Positions 8,159-16,447 of a stretch of 35,450 nucleotides of DNA are shown here, in pieces (positions within the stretch are counted from its first letter, which is position 1; each line of letters begins with the position of its first letter). The stretch covers positions 1 through 35,450 of the forward strand of contig CAYNCY010000001.1 in NCBI GenBank assembly GCA_964395195.1, given 5' to 3'. The DNA is from an uncultured Steroidobacteraceae bacterium. GTDB lineage: Bacteria; Pseudomonadota; Gammaproteobacteria; Steroidobacterales; Steroidobacteraceae. Both the position numbers and the translations under genes were made by a program. The notes under the pieces were generated by a model, which saw only the letters and a program-made list of their open reading frames with translations, was not told the DNA's origin and made no database searches.

Positions 8159-9193
8159 TCAGGTGAGGAGAGCCACGACCACGAATGTCATCGCGAGCGT
8201 GATGAAGAGGAAAATCACGTAGCTCAAGGCGAGCACGACCATCTTCGCCGCGGTTAGCCAGCGACCCTGGCCGTAGTAGACGCGCATCGCGCGGAACACG
8301 TACCACACGACGTAGAGCGCAGCGAAGCCCTTGAGGTAGCCGAGCACCGCGCCGAGACCCGGTACGACCAGTGCGAGCCGCGACAGCAAGAGCTCGATCA
8401 GGATGATCAGGAAGATCGCCGCATGCGTGTGGATGAAGAAGACCAGGTGCTCGACGTAGTAGTGCCGCGGCCACCAGTACATCAGCATCATCACGAAGGC
8501 CATCAGCGGCAGGAACACGAACATCATCTTCGGGATGCTCGCGACGAACGCGCCAATGAGGCCCTTGAAGTTGTCACCGACATTGCGGCGGCACACCTCC
8601 TGCAGCGAGTGCTCGAGCGGCTTCCAGTCGGAGTGCCACCGCTCGCAGTCGACGTCGTTCATCATCAGGGTCTTGCCGTCGTCCGAGGCGACGACCGGTG
8701 CGCCGGTCGCCTGGGCCTCCTTGACCGCCGCGCGCACATCGCGCTCGACGCTCTCGACGTCGGGGTCCGTCGCGGTTGGCGCGGCGGGCTTGGAGGCCTT
8801 CTCGGCCCGGTCGAGCTTGTCGAGCGACTTGCCCTTCTCCGGCGGCACCATGTTGTACTGCCAGCCCTTGCCGTTCTTGGTGAAGGCGGGACTGACGTGC
8901 GATCCCGTTGCGGCGACGGCAAAGCAGAGGAGGCTGAGCACCAGGTAGAGGCGCACCGGCGGCAGGTAGCGCGCGCGATGCTCGGCGAAGTACTCGCGGG
9001 TCAGCCGGCCCGGGCGCCACAGCAGCGCCGCAAGCGTCTGCCAGAAGCGGCCGTCGACGTGCGTGACGACGTGCCAGGCATCGTGGAAGAGGGCGCCGAC
9101 GCTGCGCGAGCTCTCGTGCGCGTGCTGCCCGCACTGCGAGCAGTACGGGCCCGTCAGGGGCGCCTCACAATTGGCACACGTCGCGTGGTCCAC
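8159..9193 (-). CDS. DUF3667-family zinc-ribbon membrane protein
   Basis: GTG start with GGAGGG 5 nt upstream. N-terminal CxxC...CxxC zinc ribbon (CANCEAPLTGPYCSQCGQ), then WRPGRLTREYFAEHRARYLPPVRLYL and multiple TM helices. The stop lies 10 nt from the dinB start. Confidence 0.75.
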   Translation of the reverse strand: MDHATCANCEAPLTGPYCSQCGQHAHESSRSVGALFHDAWHVVTHVDGRFWQTLAALLWRPGRLTREYFAEHRARYLPPVRLYLVLSLLCFAVAATGSHVSPAFTKNGKGWQYNMVPPEKGKSLDKLDRAEKASKPAAPTATDPDVESVERDVRAAVKEAQATGAPVVASDDGKTLMMNDVDCERWHSDWKPLEHSLQEVCRRNVGDNFKGLIGAFVASIPKMMFVFLPLMAFVMMLMYWWPRHYYVEHLVFFIHTHAAIFLIILIELLLSRLALVVPGLGAVLGYLKGFAALYVVWYVFRAMRVYYGQGRWLTAAKMVVLALSYVIFLFITLAMTFVVVALLT

Positions 9194-9349
9194 CCGGCCC
9201 TCCAGCCTCTCGCACCCGCTAAAGTGCCAGAACGCACCGCGCTCGGACAGGTTCCCGCGCGCGGGCGCCCGCCCGCGGGGCGTCGTTCGATAGTATGAAC
9301 TCTGGGCCGCCGCTCGCCGCGGGGCATCACGTCAAGGACAGCGCCGGGA

Positions 9350-11329
9350 ATGGAGCAGGTCACCGCGAATATCGTCGGCGTGCCGATCCGCTATGAGATG
9401 GATGGCGTTGCCGACGACCTGCTGACCGGCGGCCTCGGGCTCGCGGGGCTGCGCGCGGGACCTCCGGCAATCGCGGTGCCGGCGCGACCGACGCCGCGCG
9501 AGTTGCGGCGCCGTGCCATCCATACCGCCTACCGCGGACTCATCGACGTCACCGATGCCGGCGGCTTCGGGCGGCTCTACGGTCCCATCGACGACGTGCG
9601 CGTCGCGGGCGTCGAATTCCTGGCCGCGGTGCGCACTCCCGACGGCCGCGGCACGACGACGGTGCTCGTGCAGATCCCGCGCGACTTCGACCTCGCGAAC
9701 CCGTGCCTGCTCGCCGTCGCCTCCTCGGGCTCGCGCGGCATCTACGGGGCGCTGCCGGTCGGCGGCGAGTGGGGACTCAGGCGCGGGTGCGCGGTCGTGC
9801 ACAGCGACAAGGGTACGGGCGTTGGCATCTGGGACGTCGATCGCGGCCGCGGCTATCGCATCGACGGGACGCTGACCGACGATGCGAGCGATCCTCTCGT
9901 CAGCTACGCGCCGGCGCCCGCGGCGGAACTTGCCGACTTCGCGCGGCGCGAGCCGGGTTCCCTCCTCTTCAAGCACGCGAACTCGGAGCTCAACCCGGAA
10001 GCGGACTGGGGCTCGTACCTCCTGCAGGCGATCAAGGTCGCCTTCGTGCTGATCAACCGCGAGCTCGCGGGCTCGCGCACCGTTCCGCTCACGCCCGACA
10101 ACACGCTCGTGCTCGCGGCCGGGAGCTCGAACGGCGGCGCCGCGGTCTTGCGAGCCCTTGAACGCGATCGCGCCGGCTGGATCAGCGGCGCCGTCGCGCT
10201 CGAGCCGAATGCCGTCGTCTCGGGGCACGCCAAGGGGCTCGCGATCGAGTCGGGAGAGCGGCGCGTCGCGGACGATGCGATTGCGCTCTATGACTACACG
10301 AGCCTCCACTACCTGTACCAGCCGTGCGCGGTTCTCGCCGAGAGCGATCCGACGGCGCCGTTCTACGCGGCGACACAGGCGGGACGCCCGGCGCTCGAGG
10401 CGTGGTGTCGCGAGCTGCAGGCGGTCGGCGTACTGCCCGCGGGCGGGATCGACGCCGCCGCGCGCGCCGCGCGCGAGGCACTCCTCGCCGGCGGCATGCT
10501 GCCCGAAGCATTGAGGCTCGGGCACTTCAACATCGCATCGCACCTGTGGTCCGCGATCACGGTCGTCTATGCCTGGGCCTACGCGCGGCGCGCGCCGTGG
10601 CAGCCGCCGGGCGGCGTGAGCTTTGCCGCGACCGATGCCGCGGGTCGCGTGCGCGCGCTCAGCGAGACCGAGGCGGCCTCGCTCTGGGCGGATGCGAACG
10701 GTACGCCGCCGACGGCCGGCATCTCGCTGGTTGCCGCAGGCGATGACGGCGTGCGGCAGGCCGCGAACGCGGGCACCGCCCGCGCCGCGCTCGAGTTCGC
10801 GCCGGAACGCATCCTGGCGCACGCGCCCGGGGCGCGTGCGGCGCTGCCGGCCGAGCGGGCGGAACTCCTCGCGGCGGTGCGCCGCGGGCAGGACGAGGTC
10901 GTGATGACGGCGCGTCTTGGCAACCGCCCCGTCGTGATCGTGCACGGTCGCGCGGACAGCCTGATACCGGTCAACCAGAGTTCGCGCCCGTACTACGCGC
11001 TCAACCGCCGCGACCGCGGCAGTCGCGACGAGCTCAAGTACTACGAACTCGAGCACGGCAATCACTTCGATGCCGTACTCGCGCTGCCCGGCTTCGCGGA
11101 AGGCTACGTGCCGATGCAGGTGTGGATGGTGCGCGGGCTCGATGCGCTCCACGAGCGCCTCACGCTCGGAACACCCCTGCCGCCGAGCCAGGTGATCCGC
11201 TCGCGGCCGCGGGGCACCGCCAACGGGGCGGTGCCGCCGCTTGGCCCGGAGCACATGGGCGAGCTCAAGGCCGATCCCGGGCCGGATGCGATCGTGTTCG
11301 CGAACGGCGTGCTGAGCGTCCCTGAGTAG
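9350..11329 (+). CDS. D-(-)-3-hydroxybutyrate oligomer hydrolase (3HBOH family)
   Basis: 659 aa. DGVADDLLTGGLG...ELRRRAI..YRGLIDVT..GGFGRLYGP...SSGSRGIYGA..GEWGLRRGCAV.HSDKGTG matches the conserved N-terminal region of 3HB-oligomer hydrolases as I recall it. Confidence 0.8.
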   Translation: MEQVTANIVGVPIRYEMDGVADDLLTGGLGLAGLRAGPPAIAVPARPTPRELRRRAIHTAYRGLIDVTDAGGFGRLYGPIDDVRVAGVEFLAAVRTPDGRGTTTVLVQIPRDFDLANPCLLAVASSGSRGIYGALPVGGEWGLRRGCAVVHSDKGTGVGIWDVDRGRGYRIDGTLTDDASDPLVSYAPAPAAELADFARREPGSLLFKHANSELNPEADWGSYLLQAIKVAFVLINRELAGSRTVPLTPDNTLVLAAGSSNGGAAVLRALERDRAGWISGAVALEPNAVVSGHAKGLAIESGERRVADDAIALYDYTSLHYLYQPCAVLAESDPTAPFYAATQAGRPALEAWCRELQAVGVLPAGGIDAAARAAREALLAGGMLPEALRLGHFNIASHLWSAITVVYAWAYARRAPWQPPGGVSFAATDAAGRVRALSETEAASLWADANGTPPTAGISLVAAGDDGVRQAANAGTARAALEFAPERILAHAPGARAALPAERAELLAAVRRGQDEVVMTARLGNRPVVIVHGRADSLIPVNQSSRPYYALNRRDRGSRDELKYYELEHGNHFDAVLALPGFAEGYVPMQVWMVRGLDALHERLTLGTPLPPSQVIRSRPRGTANGAVPPLGPEHMGELKADPGPDAIVFANGVLSVPE

Positions 11330-11332
11330 GAT

Positions 11333-11350
11333 GCGCGGCGCGTGCCGCGC
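11333..11350. terminator. hairpin exactly filling the gap between two convergent stops (possible bidirectional terminator, no U-tract)
   Basis: GCGCGGC-gcgt-GCCGCGC lies between the hydrolase stop (11327-11329) and the response-regulator stop (11351-11353). Confidence 0.35.
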
Positions 11351-12022
11351 CTACGGGGTCGACGTGCCCGTTGCGTGGGCGAGCGCAAACTCGCGCACGT
11401 GCCGCGAGGAGCTCAGGCCCAGCTTCTCGCGGATGTTGCGAAGGTGCGAGTCGACGGTCTTTTCAGAGATCGAGAGCTCGCGCGCGGCATCGCGCAGCGT
11501 GAGTCCGCGCGCCAGCCGGTCGAGGATCTCGCGTTCGCGCTCGGTCAGCGCCTCGACGACGCCGGCGTGCACCCGACCGCGGCTCGCCTGCTCGAGCGAG
11601 TGCTGCAGGAGCGGGTGGCTCAGGTAGTTGTGGCCGCCGGCGACGCGACGGATTGCGTACGGGATCAGCGCGGTGGGCGCGCTTTTCATCATGTAGCCAT
11701 CCGCGCCCTCGCGCAGGAGCGCACGCGCGTACACGTGCTCGTCGGCCATCGACAGCACGAGGATGCGCGGGCGAATCTCGTGCGCGGCGAGCGCCTGCAG
11801 CACCTGGCGGCCGCTCGAGGTGCCGAGCTGCAGGTCGAGGAGGAGGACGTCGGGCTTCAGCAGGTCGACCGCGCGGATCGCGTCGTCGACGGCCGCCACC
11901 TCGCCGCAGCAGACGAGGTCGGGGGTGCTGCCGATCACGGCCACGAGGCCCTTGCGCACGATGTCGTGGTCCTCGATCACGAGCACCCGGATCGGGGTCG
12001 AGCGGACGGCTTCGCCGTTCAT
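11351..12022 (-). CDS. NarL/FixJ-family response regulator (REC + LuxR-type HTH)
   Basis: Track ORF 11351..12274 trimmed to M85 (MNGEAVRSTPIRVLVIEDHD...). Phospho-acceptor context VLLLDLQL, then LVLSM and YMMKS. C-terminal LTEREREIL...ISEKTVDSHLRNIREKL. Confidence 0.85.
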   Translation of the reverse strand: MNGEAVRSTPIRVLVIEDHDIVRKGLVAVIGSTPDLVCCGEVAAVDDAIRAVDLLKPDVLLLDLQLGTSSGRQVLQALAAHEIRPRILVLSMADEHVYARALLREGADGYMMKSAPTALIPYAIRRVAGGHNYLSHPLLQHSLEQASRGRVHAGVVEALTEREREILDRLARGLTLRDAARELSISEKTVDSHLRNIREKLGLSSSRHVREFALAHATGTSTP

Positions 12023-12297
12023 GACGCCGTCCCGGTCGCGCACGCGAGCGAGCGTGACGCGGCGGCGTCGATCGAACGGTGAGCGGAAGGCGTCACGGAA
12101 TCCACGGTCGTTGCATCCCTGCCGGTCGGCGCAGTCACACGAACGCGCCGGTCGGTGGATCCTTATCCATCCACGCCAGCGCCGGGCCCGAGCTGGGCCT
12201 CGAACGCCGCGTACGATACGGAACCGGTTGCAGACCCCGAAATACCGAAAACCCTGTAAGACAGCGCCTGACATCCGTTACTGCCGCGGCGCAACAT

Positions 12298-12948
12298 TCA
12301 GGGATCTATCATCTTGTTTTTAATGGCATATCGGACGACATCGGACACGGACTCGAACCCCATCTTCCGCATTATGTTCGCTCGATGGGTTTCGGCCGTA
12401 TTGACCGCGATCGAGAGGAGCCTCGCGATCTCCTTGCTGCTCTTTCCCTCGGCCAGGAGCTGCACGATCTCCCGTTCGCGCGGCGAGAGGAGACCGCCCG
12501 TCTCCGCGTTTTCCTCGGCATCCCCGCGCAGGAACCCCTCGAGGACGACCTGGGCGACGGTCGAGGTGAAGTAGGGCCGGTCCGCGAGGAGTGCCTCGAT
12601 CGCCGGGATGAGTTCGCTCGCGGCGTCGGACTTGAGGAGGTACCCGCGCGCGCCCGCCCGCAGCACCTCCCGCACCAGGCGCTCGGACTCGTGGGCGGTC
12701 AGGATCAGCACGCGCGTCTCGGGGCTGCCCGCGATGATCGCGCGCGCGGCGTCGAGGCCGTTCAGCTGCGGCATCGTCACGTCGAGGATCGCGATGTCGG
12801 GCCTGAGCTTGAGCGCGAGTTCGACCGCCGTGCGCCCGTCCTCGGCTTCTGCCTCGACGATGAGGTGGGGACTGTCGGCCAGCGCCGCCCGGAGCCCGCG
12901 GCGCAGCAGGCCATGATCGTCCGCAATCAGTATGCGGGCAGACTTCAA
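12298..12948 (-). CDS. NarL/FixJ-family response regulator (REC + LuxR-type HTH)
   Basis: 216 aa with a TTG start (GGGAAG 5 nt upstream). ILIADDH, IAILDVTMP, LILTAH and GYLLKS, then LSPREREIVQLLAEGKSSKEIA...NTAETHRANIMRKM. Confidence 0.85.
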   Translation of the reverse strand: MKSARILIADDHGLLRRGLRAALADSPHLIVEAEAEDGRTAVELALKLRPDIAILDVTMPQLNGLDAARAIIAGSPETRVLILTAHESERLVREVLRAGARGYLLKSDAASELIPAIEALLADRPYFTSTVAQVVLEGFLRGDAEENAETGGLLSPREREIVQLLAEGKSSKEIARLLSIAVNTAETHRANIMRKMGFESVSDVVRYAIKNKMIDP

Positions 12949-13027
12949 TTGGGCTTCCCGGTCGGCGGTGTGTTCCCCGGGTCAGGTCGGTTCGGCCGCT
13001 GATCCCTGGGACCGTCGAGCATCGATC

Positions 13028-14470
13028 CTAAGACAATCGCGGCCCCGTGTCCGGGCGGGCGCCGACGGGGGGTATCCGTTGATGCCAGTCGGTCACCGAC
13101 TGGTAGGCGGCGGCGGTCGCAAGGAGGGTCGCCTCGCTGAACGGGCGGCCGACCAGCTGCAATCCCGCCGGCAGTCCACCCGCCGTGAATCCGACCGGCA
13201 CGCTGAGCGCCGGCACCCCGAGGTAATTGAACGGCGCGAACGAGCGCACCAGCGCGGCGAAGGTCGCCCACATCGCGGGCGAGGCACCGACGTCGGTGCT
13301 TTCGATCGTCGGCACCGGCAGCGTCAGCGCCGGCGTCACGAGCACGTCGCACGCGGCATAGACCCCGGTGACGAAGCGCCGCAGCAGCGGCCCGCGCAGT
13401 TGCAGCGATTCAAGGTAGGCCGCGGCCGGGATCGCAAGTCCCGTCGCCGCGCGCGCCCGGGTCTGCGGGGAGTAGTCCGCCGGGCGGGTGCGCAGCCAGT
13501 AGCCGTGCAGCGCCGCGGCTTCCGAGTACATGAGCACGCGGCCCAGCTCCATCAGGTGCTCCGGCGCTGGCACCTCGACCTCGACGATGTGCGCGCCCTC
13601 GGCCTCGAGCGCCGCGAGCGCCGCGTCGATGAGTGCGCCGACGCCGGCGTCGATCCCCTCGAAGTAGAAATTTCGCGGCCGTCCGACCCTGAGCCCGCGC
13701 ACGCCCGCGCCGAGTGCGGCCTCGTACGCCGGCACCGCGCGACGGCTCGAGGTCGGGTCGGCCGGATCGTGCCCGGCCATGACCCCGAGGAGTCGCGCGA
13801 GATCGGCGGCCGTTCGGGCGAGCGGGCCGACGTGATCGAGCGACCAGGAAAGCCCCATGGCGCCTGCGCGGCTGACGCGGCCGTAGGTGGGCTTCAGGCC
13901 AAGCACGCCGTTCACGCTCGCGGGGCCGCGGATCGAGCCGCCGGTGTCGGAGCCGAGCGTGCCGAAGGCGATGCGCGCGGCGAGCGCGACGCCGGCGCCG
14001 CTCGAGGAGCCGCCGGCGATGTGCGCCGTGTTCCACGCGTTCCTGCATGCGCCGTAGAACGCGTTGTGACCGGTCGGTCCGAAGGCGAACTCGTTCATGT
14101 TGAGGGCGCCGAGGTTGACCGCGCCCGCGTCGGCGAGCCGCGTCGCGACCGTCGCCTCGTGGCTCGTGCGATACCCCTGGCGCACGCGCGAGCCGCCGCT
14201 GACCTCCCGGCCCGGCACGTAGAACATGTCCTTGAGCGCGAGCGGCACGCCGTGCAGGGGACCGAGCGGCCGCCCGGCGGCGCGCGATGCATCGGCGCGC
14301 GCCGCCTCGCGCAGCGCCGCCGCGTCCTCGATGCGGATGAAGCAGTTGAGCTCGGCGTTGAGGCGATGCGCGCGGTCGAGACACTCGCGCGTGAGCTCGA
14401 CGCTCGAGATCTCCCCGCGCGCGATCGCGGCGGCCGCCTCGATCAGGGTCGCGCGTTCGGTCTCGATCAT
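13028..14470 (-). CDS. amidase-signature (Ser-cisSer-Lys) amidohydrolase, GatA/AtzE-like
   Basis: Track ORF 13028..14722 trimmed to M85 (MIETERATLIEAA...). Contains LKDMF and GGSSSGAGVALAARIAFGTLGSDTGGSIRGPAS. Its ATG overlaps the stop of the upstream small ORF (ATGA). Confidence 0.85.
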   Translation of the reverse strand: MIETERATLIEAAAAIARGEISSVELTRECLDRAHRLNAELNCFIRIEDAAALREAARADASRAAGRPLGPLHGVPLALKDMFYVPGREVSGGSRVRQGYRTSHEATVATRLADAGAVNLGALNMNEFAFGPTGHNAFYGACRNAWNTAHIAGGSSSGAGVALAARIAFGTLGSDTGGSIRGPASVNGVLGLKPTYGRVSRAGAMGLSWSLDHVGPLARTAADLARLLGVMAGHDPADPTSSRRAVPAYEAALGAGVRGLRVGRPRNFYFEGIDAGVGALIDAALAALEAEGAHIVEVEVPAPEHLMELGRVLMYSEAAALHGYWLRTRPADYSPQTRARAATGLAIPAAAYLESLQLRGPLLRRFVTGVYAACDVLVTPALTLPVPTIESTDVGASPAMWATFAALVRSFAPFNYLGVPALSVPVGFTAGGLPAGLQLVGRPFSEATLLATAAAYQSVTDWHQRIPPVGARPDTGPRLS

Positions 14471-14691
14471 CCGCCCGGTTCCGCCAGGCGCTCGAGCTCG
14501 GCGAGGAAATCCGTCGGTTCGCGCTCGTAGTTGCTCTCGGTGACGCTCGCGGCGACTGCGCGCACGGCGTTGCCCGCGCCGACCACGATGCGCTCCGCCG
14601 TCTCCCGATCGAGCGCCGCGTAGCCCTCGAGCGCCGCGAGCGTGGTTACGATGTCGGCGGTGAGCGCGGGCGCGCGGGGCGGGGAGGTCAT
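14467..14691 (-). CDS. 74-aa protein translationally coupled to the amidase (candidate GatC/AtzG-like small subunit)
   Basis: The last 74 codons of the otherwise implausible 397-aa track ORF 14467..15660: MTSPPRAPALTADIVTTLAALEGY...EREPTDFLAELERLAEPGG. Stop/start overlap ATGA with the amidase. The acidic helical composition resembles small amidase partner subunits. Confidence 0.55.
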   Translation of the reverse strand: MTSPPRAPALTADIVTTLAALEGYAALDRETAERIVVGAGNAVRAVAASVTESNYEREPTDFLAELERLAEPGG

Positions 14692-14781
14692 GGCGAGCGA
14701 TCCGGCCGGAAGTTGGGCCCAAGCATTGCAGTCTCGCGGTGAACGGTCAAAATGTCGCGGCCCGAAGCCGGAGAACCCGCC

Positions 14782-15285
14782 ATGCCCCTGTCCCTCTACC
14801 AGGCCTCGGTGCCGGTCTTCCAGCAGTCGCTCGAAGCGCTCAGGGGCGTACTCATCAAGGCCGAGGCCCAGGCCCTCGCCACGAAGGTTGAGCCCGCGGC
14901 GCTGCTGCAGGCGCGGCTTTTTCCGAACATGTTCCCGCTGACGCGCCAGGTGCAGATCGCGGCTGACTTCGCCAAGGGTGCGCCGGCGCGGCTCGCGGGC
15001 GTCGAGGTGCCGGCTTACCCGGACTCGGAGACCTCCTTTGCGGAGCTCGCCGCGCGCATCGACCGGACGCGCGAGTTCCTGAAGACGCTCGCGCCCGCGC
15101 AGATCGACGGACAGGAGGAGCGCACGATCGAGCTCAAGGTCGGCGGCCAGATGCGCGCGTTCAAGGGACAGCCGTATCTCCTGCACTTCGCTCTGCCGAA
15201 CTTCTTCTTCCACGCGACCACCGCCTACGCGATCCTGCGCCACAACGGCATCGAGATCGGCAAGCGCGACTTCATCGGCGCGTAA
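14782..15285 (+). CDS. DUF1993-family protein
   Basis: Track ORF 14752..15285; the second ATG (14782) has GGAGAA 6 nt upstream. MPLSLYQASVPVF...FPLTRQVQIA.DFAKG..ARLAG...LPNFFFHATTAYAILRHNGIEIGKRDF is the DUF1993 signature as I recall it. Confidence 0.8.
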   Translation: MPLSLYQASVPVFQQSLEALRGVLIKAEAQALATKVEPAALLQARLFPNMFPLTRQVQIAADFAKGAPARLAGVEVPAYPDSETSFAELAARIDRTREFLKTLAPAQIDGQEERTIELKVGGQMRAFKGQPYLLHFALPNFFFHATTAYAILRHNGIEIGKRDFIGA

Positions 15286-15301
15286 GCGAGCGCGAGCCGC
15301 C

Positions 15302-16018
15302 ATGCGCATCCAGGTCCTGCCCACCCAGGAAGCGGCCGCCGAGCGCGCCGCGGACTGGCTGCGCGCCGAGATCGCGCGCGCGAGCGCGCAGCGCGGCCAG
15401 TGCTTGCTCGCGCTGAGCGGCGGGCGGACGCCCTGGCGGATGCTCCGCGACTTGAGGCGCCTGCGCGTGCACTGGCAGACGCTGCAGGTCTTCCAGGTCG
15501 ATGAGCGCGTCGTCCCGCCGAGCGACGAGCGACGAAATTCGCGGCAGATCGCGGATCTGCTGATCGCGCCCGAGGCGCTCGATTCGGCGCACTTCCACGC
15601 GATGCCGGTCGAACGCACGGATCTCGCGGCGGGCGCCCTCGAATACGCGCGTCTGCTCATCGAGCAGGGCGGTGAGCCGCCGGTGCTCGACGTCGTTCAG
15701 CTCGGGCTTGGCCCGGACGGCCATACCGCTTCGCTGGTCCCCGGCGATCCGCTCCTTCGCGCCGGGGAGACCGACGTCGGTATCAGCGGCGACTACCAGG
15801 GCGTGCCCAGGATGACGCTCGGCTTTCGGGTGCTGAATGCCGCGCGGCACCGGCTCTGGCTCGTCACGGGCGATGACAAGCCCGACGCGCTGCGACGTCT
15901 CTGGGAAGGTGACACGTCGATCCCGGCGGGGCGCGTCGCGCGGGAGGCGTCCCTGGTCTTTGCCGATGCCGCAGCCGCCGCGGCGCTCCCGAAGGAACTG
16001 CGCACGGCGCGGCCTTGA
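15302..16018 (+). CDS. pgl: 6-phosphogluconolactonase
   Basis: 238 aa. LALSGGRTP, VFQVDERVVP and LGLGPDGHTASL are typical of the Pgl/NagB-fold lactonases. Confidence 0.8.
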   Translation: MRIQVLPTQEAAAERAADWLRAEIARASAQRGQCLLALSGGRTPWRMLRDLRRLRVHWQTLQVFQVDERVVPPSDERRNSRQIADLLIAPEALDSAHFHAMPVERTDLAAGALEYARLLIEQGGEPPVLDVVQLGLGPDGHTASLVPGDPLLRAGETDVGISGDYQGVPRMTLGFRVLNAARHRLWLVTGDDKPDALRRLWEGDTSIPAGRVAREASLVFADAAAAAALPKELRTARP

Positions 16019-16027
16019 GCGCGCCGC

Positions 16028-16447
16028 TCAGCCGAGCGAGGGACGCACGCCCGTGCCGTGACCGACGTCGCGGATGGCCACCCAGAGCCAGCCGGCGAGC
16101 AATGCGCCGCTCACGATGGAGACCACGTTGACCAGCTGCGTGGAGGCGGGGAGCGCCCGGATCGTCCCGGGGCCGAAGAGCCAGATCGCGAGCGCAATGA
16201 AGGCGCCGACGCCAATCATCACCGCGAGCGACTCCCAGAATCGCTGCCGCAGCACGCGCTCGGCGTTCGTGTATTCGCGGTCGATGCGCGCGCGCAGCGC
16301 CCGCCGCGCTTCCTCGCCTTCGGCGCCGTGCACCTGGGCGATGCGCGCGGCGAGCCGCGGGCCGAACTCGGGACTCACGTCGAGCCTGCCGAGCTCGCGC
16401 CGGAGGCGCCGGTCGAGATCGGGCGCGAGGGGAATGATGTTGCTCAT
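16028..16447 (-). CDS. membrane protein cotranscribed with the ECF sigma factor (putative anti-sigma factor; no recognisable ZAS motif)
   Basis: 139 aa. ATG overlaps the sigma-gene stop (ATGA). Charged N-terminal cytoplasmic half, then two predicted TM helices (LAVMIGVGAFIALAIWLF, VVSIVSGALLAGWLWVAI). Confidence 0.6.
   Translation of the reverse strand: MSNIIPLAPDLDRRLRRELGRLDVSPEFGPRLAARIAQVHGAEGEEARRALRARIDREYTNAERVLRQRFWESLAVMIGVGAFIALAIWLFGPGTIRALPASTQLVNVVSIVSGALLAGWLWVAIRDVGHGTGVRPSLG

Noticed and set aside
9285-9300. GTTC-N8-GAAC inverted repeat upstream of DUF3667-dinB as a possible LexA box
   Set aside because: It does not match any LexA consensus I know (CTGT-N8-ACAG, GAAC-N4-GTTC, GTTC-N7-GTTC direct repeat, TTAG-N6-TACTA). 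It could equally be part of the hydrolase promoter (TAGTAT as a -10-like hexamer).
9332-11254. 640-aa minus-strand ORF opposite the 3-hydroxybutyrate oligomer hydrolase
   Set aside because: Shadow ORF. It has Arg/Ala-rich composition with no recognisable motifs, whereas the plus-strand frame matches a well-defined enzyme family over its full length.
12023-12274. 84-aa N-terminal extension of the first response regulator suggested by the track ORF 11351..12274
   Set aside because: The extension is Arg-rich (RRWRGWIRIHRPARSCDC...) and has clearly lower GC3 than the flanking genes. The receiver domain starts right after M85, and response regulators of this family normally start a few residues before the DD/ED pocket.
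12932-14530. 532-aa plus-strand ORF (and several nested ORFs) opposite the amidase
   Set aside because: Antisense shadow ORFs. The amidase signature sequence is present only in the minus-strand frame 13028..14470.
14692-15660. N-terminal 323 aa of the 397-aa minus-strand track ORF 14467..15660
   Set aside because: This part is antisense to the DUF1993 and pgl genes and looks non-protein-like. Only the last 74 codons (from ATG 14691) are kept as a candidate gene.
16016-16030. Small hairpin TGAGCG-cgc-CGCTCA formed by the two convergent stop codons of pgl and the anti-sigma-like gene
   Set aside because: It has only a 6-bp stem made largely by the complementary stop codons themselves. It is too weak and too likely coincidental to call a terminator.
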